From Eledone cirrhosa (lineage: Eukaryota), in assembly GCA_964016885.1 (NCBI GenBank), contig OZ024748.1, forward strand, positions 32,488,001 to 32,552,000: a DNA stretch of 64,000 nucleotides, given 5' to 3'. A program made the position numbers and the translations under genes. Shown here one piece after another: positions 57,001 through 64,000 of this stretch. The notes under the pieces are model-generated. The model was given only the letters and a program-made list of their open reading frames with translations, ran no database searches and was not told the DNA's origin. The stretch's first letter is position 1. The number at the start of each line of letters is the position of its first letter.

Positions 57001-60000
57001 TCTAAACTGGTTATATGTTACGACTGCTAAAAGTAATACTATACTTCTAAATTAGGTATATATTACACACTGCTAAAAGTAATAGTATACCTCTAACCTG
57101 GTTATATATTACACACTGCTAAAAGTAATACTATACTTCTAAAATGCTTATATATTACACACTGCTAAAGGTAATACTATACTTCTAAACTGGTTATATA
57201 TTACACACTGTTAAAAGTAATACTATACTTCTAAACTGGTTATATATTACACACTGCTAAAGGTAATATTATACTTCTAAACTGGTTATATATTACACTC
57301 TGTTAAAAGTAATACTATATTTCTAAACTGGTTAAATATTGCACACTGGTAAAAGTAATACTATACTTCTAAATCAGGTATATCTTACACACTGCAAAAA
57401 GCAATACTATACTTCTAAACAGGTTATATATTACACAGTGTTAAAAGTAATACTATAATTCTAAACTGGTTATATATTACACACTGCTAAAAGTAATACT
57501 ATACTTCTAAACTGGTTATATATTACATGCTACTAAATGTAATACTATACTTCAAAATTGGTTATATACTACATGCTTCTAAAAGTAATACTATACTTCT
57601 AAACTGGTTATATATTACACACTGCTAAAAGTAACACTATACTACTAAACTGGTTATATATTACACACTGCTAAAAGTAACACTATACTACTAAACTGGT
57701 TGTATATTACATGCTGCTAAAAGTAATATTATACTTCTAAACTGGTTATATATTACATATTTCTAAAAGTAATACTATACTTCTCTAACTGGTTATATAT
57801 TACACACTGCTAAAAGTAATACTTTACTTCTAAACTGGTTATATATTACACACTGCTAAAAGTAATACTATACCTCTTAACTGGTTATATATTACACACT
57901 GCTAAAAGTAATACTATACCTCTTAACTGGTTATATATTAGATGCTGCTAAAAGTAATACTATACTTCTAAATTAGGTATATATTACACACTGCTAAAAG
58001 TAATACTATACTTCTAAACTGCTTATATATTACACACTGCTAAAGGTAATACTATACTTCTAAACTGGTTATATATTACACACTGTTAAAAGTAATACTA
58101 TACTTCTAAACTGGTTATATATTACACACTGTTAAAACTAATACTATACTTCTATACTGGTTATATATTACATGCTGCTAAAAGTGATACTACACTTCTA
58201 AACTGGTTATATACTACATGCTTCTAAAAGTAATACTATAGTTCTAAACTGGTTATATATTACACACTGCTAAAAGTAATACTATACTTCTAAACTGGTT
58301 ATATATTACACTCTGCTAAAGGTAATACTATACTTCTAAACTGGTTATATATTACACACTGTTAAAAGTAATACTATACTTCTAAACTGGTTATATATTA
58401 GACACTGTTAAAAGTAATACTATACTTCTAAACTGGTTATATGTTACACACTGATAAAATTAATACTATACTTCTAAATAATGTATATATTACACACTGC
58501 TAAAAGTAATATTATACTTCTAAACAGGTTATATATTACACACTGCTAAACGTAATACTTTAACTCTAAACCGGTTATATATTACACACCGCTAAAAGTA
58601 ATACTATACTTCGAAACTGGTTATATATTACACACTGCTAAAAGTGACACTATACTTCTAAACTAGTTATATACGACATACTGCTAAAAGTAATACTGTA
58701 CTTCTAAACTGGTTATATACTACACGCTGCTAAATGTAATACTATACTTCTTAACTGGTTATATATTACACATTGCTAAAAGTAATACTATAGCTCTAAA
58801 CTGGTTATATATTACACACTGCTAAAAGTAATACTATACCTCTAAACTGGTTGTATATTACATGCTGCTAAAAGTAATACTATACTTCTAAACTGGTTAT
58901 ATATTACACACTGCTAAAGGTAATACTATACTTCTAAACTGGTTATATATTACACACTGTTAAAAGTAATACTATACTTCTAAACTGGTTATATATTACA
59001 CACTGCTGAAAGTAATACTATACTTCTAAACTGCTTATATACTACATGCTCCTAAAAGTAATACTATACTTCTAAACTGGTTATATATTACACACTGCTA
59101 AAAGTAATACTATACTTCTAAACTGGTTATATATTACACACTGTTAAAAGTAATACTATACTTCTAAACTGGTTATATATTACACACTGCTAAAAGTAAT
59201 ACTATACCTCTTAACTGGTTATATATTAGATGCTGCTAAAAGTAATACTATACTTCTAAACTGGTTATATATTACACACTGCTACAAGTAATACTATACG
59301 TCTGAAATGCTTATATATTACACACTGCTAAAGGTAATACTATACTTCTAAACTGGTTATATATTAGACACTGTTAAAAGTAATACTATACTTCCAAACA
59401 GATTATATATAACATGCCGCTAAAAGTAATACATTACTTCTAAACTGGTTATATATTACACACTGATAAAAGTAATACTATACTTCTAAATTAGGTATAT
59501 ATTACACACTGCTAAAAGTAATATTATACTTCAAAACAGGTTATATATTACACAATGCTAAACGTAATACTTTAATTCTAAACCTGTTATATATTACACA
59601 CTGCTAAAAGTAATACTATACTTCTAAACTGGTTATATATTACACACTGCTAAAAGTAATACTATACTTCGAAACTGGTTATATATTACACACTGCTAAA
59701 AGTAATACTATACTTCTATACTGGTTATATATTACATGTGCTAAAAGTGATACTTTACTTCTAAACTGGTTATAATCTACATGCTTCTAAAAGTAATAAT
59801 ATAGTTCTAAACTGGTTATATATTACACACTGCTAAAAGTAATACTATACTTCTCAACTGGTTATATATTACACACTGCTAAAAGTAATATTATACTTCT
59901 AAACTAGTTATATATTACACACTGCTAACACTAATACTATACTCATAAACTGGTTATATATTACACAGTGCTAAAAGTAATTCTATACCTCCAAACTAGT

Positions 60001-63000
60001 TATATAATACATGCTGCTAAATGTAATACTATAACTCTAAACTGGTTATATATTACACACTGCTAAAAGTAATACTATACCTCTAAACTAGTTATATGTT
60101 ACACACTGCTAAAAGACATACTATACTTCTAAACTGGATATATATTACATGCTGCTAAAAGTAATACTATACTTCTAAACTGGTTATATACTACATGTTT
60201 CTAAAAGTAATAATATACTTCTAAACTGGTTATATATTACACACTACTAAAAGTAATACTATACTTCTAAACTGGTTATATGTTACACACTGCTAAAAGT
60301 AATACTATAATTCTAAACTTGTTATATACTACACACTGCTAAAAGTGATACTATACTTCTAAACAGGTTATATATTACACACTGCTAAAAGTAATACTAT
60401 ACCTCTAAACTGGTTATATATTACATGCTGCTAAAAGTAATACTGTATTTCTAAACTTGTTATATATTACACACTGCTAAAACCAATACAATACTTCTAA
60501 ACTAGTTATATATTACACACTGCTAAAAGTAACACTATACCTCTAAACTGCTTGTATATTACATGCTGCTAAAAGTAATACTATACTTCTAAACTGGTTA
60601 TATATTACAAACTGCTAAAAGTAATACTACACTTCTAAACTGGTTATATATTAGACACTGCCAAAAGTAATACTATACTTCTTAACTGGCTATATATTAC
60701 ACACTACTAAAAGCAATACTATACTTCTAAACTGGTTATATATTACACACTGCTAAAAGTAATTCTATACTTCTAAACTGCTTATATACTACATGCTTCT
60801 AAAAGTAAAATAATACTTCTAAACTGGTTATATATTACACACTGCTAAAAGTAATACTATACTTCTAAACTAGTTATATACTACATGCTGCTAAAAGTAA
60901 TACTATACTTCTAAACTGGTTATATACTACATGCTGCTAAAAGTAATACTATACTTCTAAACTGCTTATATACTACATGCTTCTAAAAGTAAAATAATAC
61001 TTCTAAACTGGTTATATATTACACACTGCTAAAAGTAATACTATACTTCTAAACTGGTTATATATTACAAACTGCTAAAAGTAATACTACACTTCTAAAC
61101 TGGTTATATATTAGACACTGCCAAAAGTAATACTATACTTCTTAACTGGCTATATATTACACAATACTAAAAGTAATACTATACTTCTAAACTGGTTATA
61201 TATTACACACTGCTAAAAGTAATACTATACTTCTAAACTGCTTATATACTACATGCTTCTAAAAGTAATATAATACTTCTAAACTGGTTATATATTACAC
61301 ACTGTTAAAAGTAGTACGATACTACTAAACTGGTTATATATTACACACTGCTAAAAGTAATACTATACGTCTAAACTGGTTATATATTACATGCTGCTAA
61401 AAGTAATACTATACTTCTAGACTGGTGATATATTACATACTGCTAAAAGTAATACTATACTTCTTAACTGGTTATATATTACAAACTGCTAAAAGTAATA
61501 CTATACTTCTAAACTGGTTATATATTACACACTACTAAAAGTAATACTATACTTCTAAACTGGTTATATATTACACACTGCTAAAAGTAATACTATACCT
61601 CTCAACTGGTTATATATTACACACTGCTAAACGTAATACTATACTTCTAAACTAGTTATATATTACACGCTGGTAAAAGTAATACTATACTTCTTAACAG
61701 GTTATATATTACACACTACTAAAAGTAATACTATACTTCTTAACTGGTTATATATTACACACTACTAAAAGTAATACTATACTTCTAAACTGGTTATATA
61801 TTACACACTGCTAAAAGTAATACTATACTACTAAACTGGTTATATATTACACACTGTTAAAAGTAATACTATACTTCTAAACTGGTTATATATTACGCAC
61901 TGCTAAAAGTAATACTATACTTCTAAATTAGGTATATATTACACACTGCTAAAAGTAATAGTATACCTCTAAACTGGTTATATATTACACACTTCTAAAA
62001 GTAATACTATACTTCTAGACAGGTTATATATTACACACTGCTAAAAGTAATATTATACTTCTAAACTGGTTATATATTACACACGTCTAAAAGTAATACT
62101 ATACTTCTAAACTGCTTATATACTACATGCTTCTAAAAGTAATATAATACTTCTAAACTGGTTATATATTACACACTGTTAAAAGTAATAATATACTTCT
62201 AAACTGGTTATATATTACACATTGCTAAAATAATACTATACTTCTAAACTGGTTATATATTACAAACTGCTAAAAGTAATACTACACTTCTAAACTGGTT
62301 ATATATTAGACACTGCCAAAAGTAATACTATATTTCTTAATTGGCTATATATTACACAATACTAAAAGTAATACTATACTTCTAAACTGGTTATATATTA
62401 CACACTGCTAAAAGTAATACTATACTTCTAAACTGCTTATATACTACATGCTTCTAAAAGTAATATAATACTTCTAAACTGGTTATATATTACACACTGT
62501 TAAAAGTAATACTATACTTCTAAACTGGTTATATATTACACATTGCTAAAAGTAATACTATACTACTAAACTGGTTATATATTACACACTGCTAAAAGTA
62601 ATACTATACGTCTAAACTGGTTATATATTACATGCTGCTAAAAGTAATACTATACTTCTAGACTGGTGATATATTACATACTGCTAAAAGTAATACTATA
62701 CTTCTTAACTGGTTATATATTACAAACTGCTAAAAGTAATACTATACTTCTAAACTGGTTATATATTACACACTACTAAAAGTAATACTATACTTCTAAA
62801 CTGGTTATATATTACACACTGCTAAAAGTAATACTATACCTCTCAACTGGTTATATATTACACACTGCTAAACGTAATGCTATACTTCTAAACTAGTTAT
62901 ATATTACACGCTGGTAAAAGTAATACTATACTTCTTAACAGGTTATATATTACACACTACTAAAAGTAATACTATACTTCTTAACTGGTTATATATTACA

Positions 63001-64000
63001 CACTACTAAAAGTAATACTATACTTCTAAACTGGTTATATATTACACACTGCTAAAAGTAATACTATACTACTAAACTGGTTATATATTACACACTGTTA
63101 AAAGTAATACTATACTTCTAAACTGGTTATATATTACGCACTGCTAAAAGTAATACTATACTTCTAAATTAGGTATATATTACACACTGCTAAAAGTAAT
63201 AGTATACCTCTAAACTGGTTATATATTACACACTTCTAAAAGTAATACTATACTTCTAGACAGGTTATATATTACACACTGCTAAAAGTAATATTATACT
63301 TCTAAACTGGTTATATATTACACACGTCTAAAAGTAATACTATACTTCTAAACTGCTTATATACTACATGCTTCTAAAAGTAATATAATACTTCTAAACT
63401 GGTTATATATTACACACTGTTAAAAGTAATAATATACTTCTAAACTGGTTATATATTACACGTTGCTAAAATAATACTTTACTTCTAAACTGGTTATATA
63501 TTACACACTGCTAAATGTAATAGTATACTTCTAAACTGGTTATATATTACACACTGCTAAAAGTAATACTATACTTCTTCTAAACTGGTTATATATTACA
63601 CACTGCTAAAGGTAATACTATACTTCTAAACTGGTTATATATTACACACTGTTAAAAGTAATACTATACTTCTAAACTGGTTATATATTACGCACTGCTA
63701 AAAGTAATACTATACTTCTAAACAGAATATATATAACATGCCGCTAAAAGTAATACATTACTTCTAAACTGGTTATATATTACACACTGATAAAAGTAAT
63801 ACTATTCTTCTAAATTAGGTATATATTACACACTGCTAAAAGTAATACTATACTTCTAAACAGGTTATATATTACACACTGCTAAACGTAATATTTTAAC
63901 TCTAAACAGGTTACATATTACACACTGCTAAAAGACATACTATACTTCTAAACTGGATATATATTACATGCTGCTAAAAGTGATGCTATACTTCTAAACT
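51041..64000. repeat. Near-identical second copy of 32157-45392; tandem duplication of an ~18.9 kb unit (offset 18884, then 18608)
   Basis: Variants seen only in these two copies: TCTAAGAG (33747/52631), TAATAGTAAC (34071/52955), CGTC|AAAC (35631/54239), ACTGCAAAAAGC (38783/57391), GATAAAATTAAT (39845/58453). The second copy has a 276-bp deletion near 53295. Confidence 0.92.

Larger units (their letters stand above)
1..64000. repeat. Tandem satellite array, 46-bp AT-rich monomer, ~1,390 head-to-tail copies, extends past both window edges
   Basis: AACTGGTT recurs at 1 and 47, and the 46-bp period persists to 64000. Consensus AAACTGGTTATATATTACACACTGCTAAAAGTAATACTATACTTCT (18 A, 16 T, 8 C, 4 G). 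Most monomers differ from it by 0-3 substitutions. No non-satellite or reverse-oriented segment seen. Confidence 0.99.
29814..64000. repeat. 7,590-bp (165-monomer) higher-order repeat: ~29814-37705 (7892 bp variant), 37706-45295, 45296-~51040 (partial), ~51041-56313 (partial), 56314-63903, 63904 onward
   Basis: TTACATAT marker at 29821, 37713, 45303, 56321, 63911. 3-bp insertion TTCTTCT at ~37377, 44967, 55985, 63575. TACGACTG at 38411, 46001, 57019. GTAGTACG at 34858, 42703, 50293. The offset 7590 = 165x46 recurs. Confidence 0.92.

Noticed and set aside
1-64000. Protein-coding repeat ORF on either strand
   Set aside because: The consensus has three TAA on the + strand and five stop triplets on the - strand (TTA/CTA on +). 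Because 46 is not a multiple of 3, the frame rotates and every frame closes within a few monomers.
1-64000. CRISPR or other repeat-spacer array
   Set aside because: There are no unique spacers. All 46 positions are conserved, variation is point substitution, and no cas or leader sequence is present.
1-64000. Variant cassette library (antigenic variation, diversity-generating retroelement, guide RNA array)
   Set aside because: No ORF, reverse transcriptase, recombinase or constant/variable partition. The variant order is explained by nested duplication.
1-64000. Assignment to a known satellite such as human 42-bp HSat1A, or to a telomeric repeat
   Set aside because: The period is 46 and I cannot match the sequence to a family I know. 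There is no G-rich telomere motif. A database search is needed.
1-64000. Hidden insertion, inversion or transposon remnant
   Set aside because: Read end to end, all sequence aligns to the monomer in one orientation. The largest anomaly is the 25-bp truncated monomer.
1-64000. Concatemer or rolling-circle sequencing artefact
   Set aside because: Variants recur in ordered, hierarchical patterns at several periods, which random read error would not produce. Mis-assembly of the two largest duplications remains possible.

Overview
The whole 64 kb window is one uninterrupted, head-to-tail, single-orientation satellite array of a 46-bp AT-rich monomer (consensus AAACTGGTTATATATTACACACTGCTAAAAGTAATACTATACTTCT, 12/46 G+C, about 1,390 copies). 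I see no genes, RNA genes, transposon insertions, inversions or CRISPR spacers, and I cannot assign the monomer to a named satellite family or organism. The structure is in the monomer variants, which I traced by eye as markers. They show nested higher-order repeats (HORs): local 10-, 12-, 27- and 36-monomer duplications, a ~4.9 kb HOR on the left and a 7,590-bp (165-monomer) HOR on the right. Two very recent large duplications sit on top of these, at offsets of ~21.3-21.6 kb and ~18.6-18.9 kb. I also see a length-neutral gene-conversion patch, a template-switch chimeric monomer, an out-of-register 255-bp duplication, and a CG/TG/CA/TA variant series consistent with methyl-CpG decay. Together these suggest eukaryotic (peri)centromeric or heterochromatic satellite DNA, which is an inference. 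I found no evidence of a new protein- or RNA-coding system.
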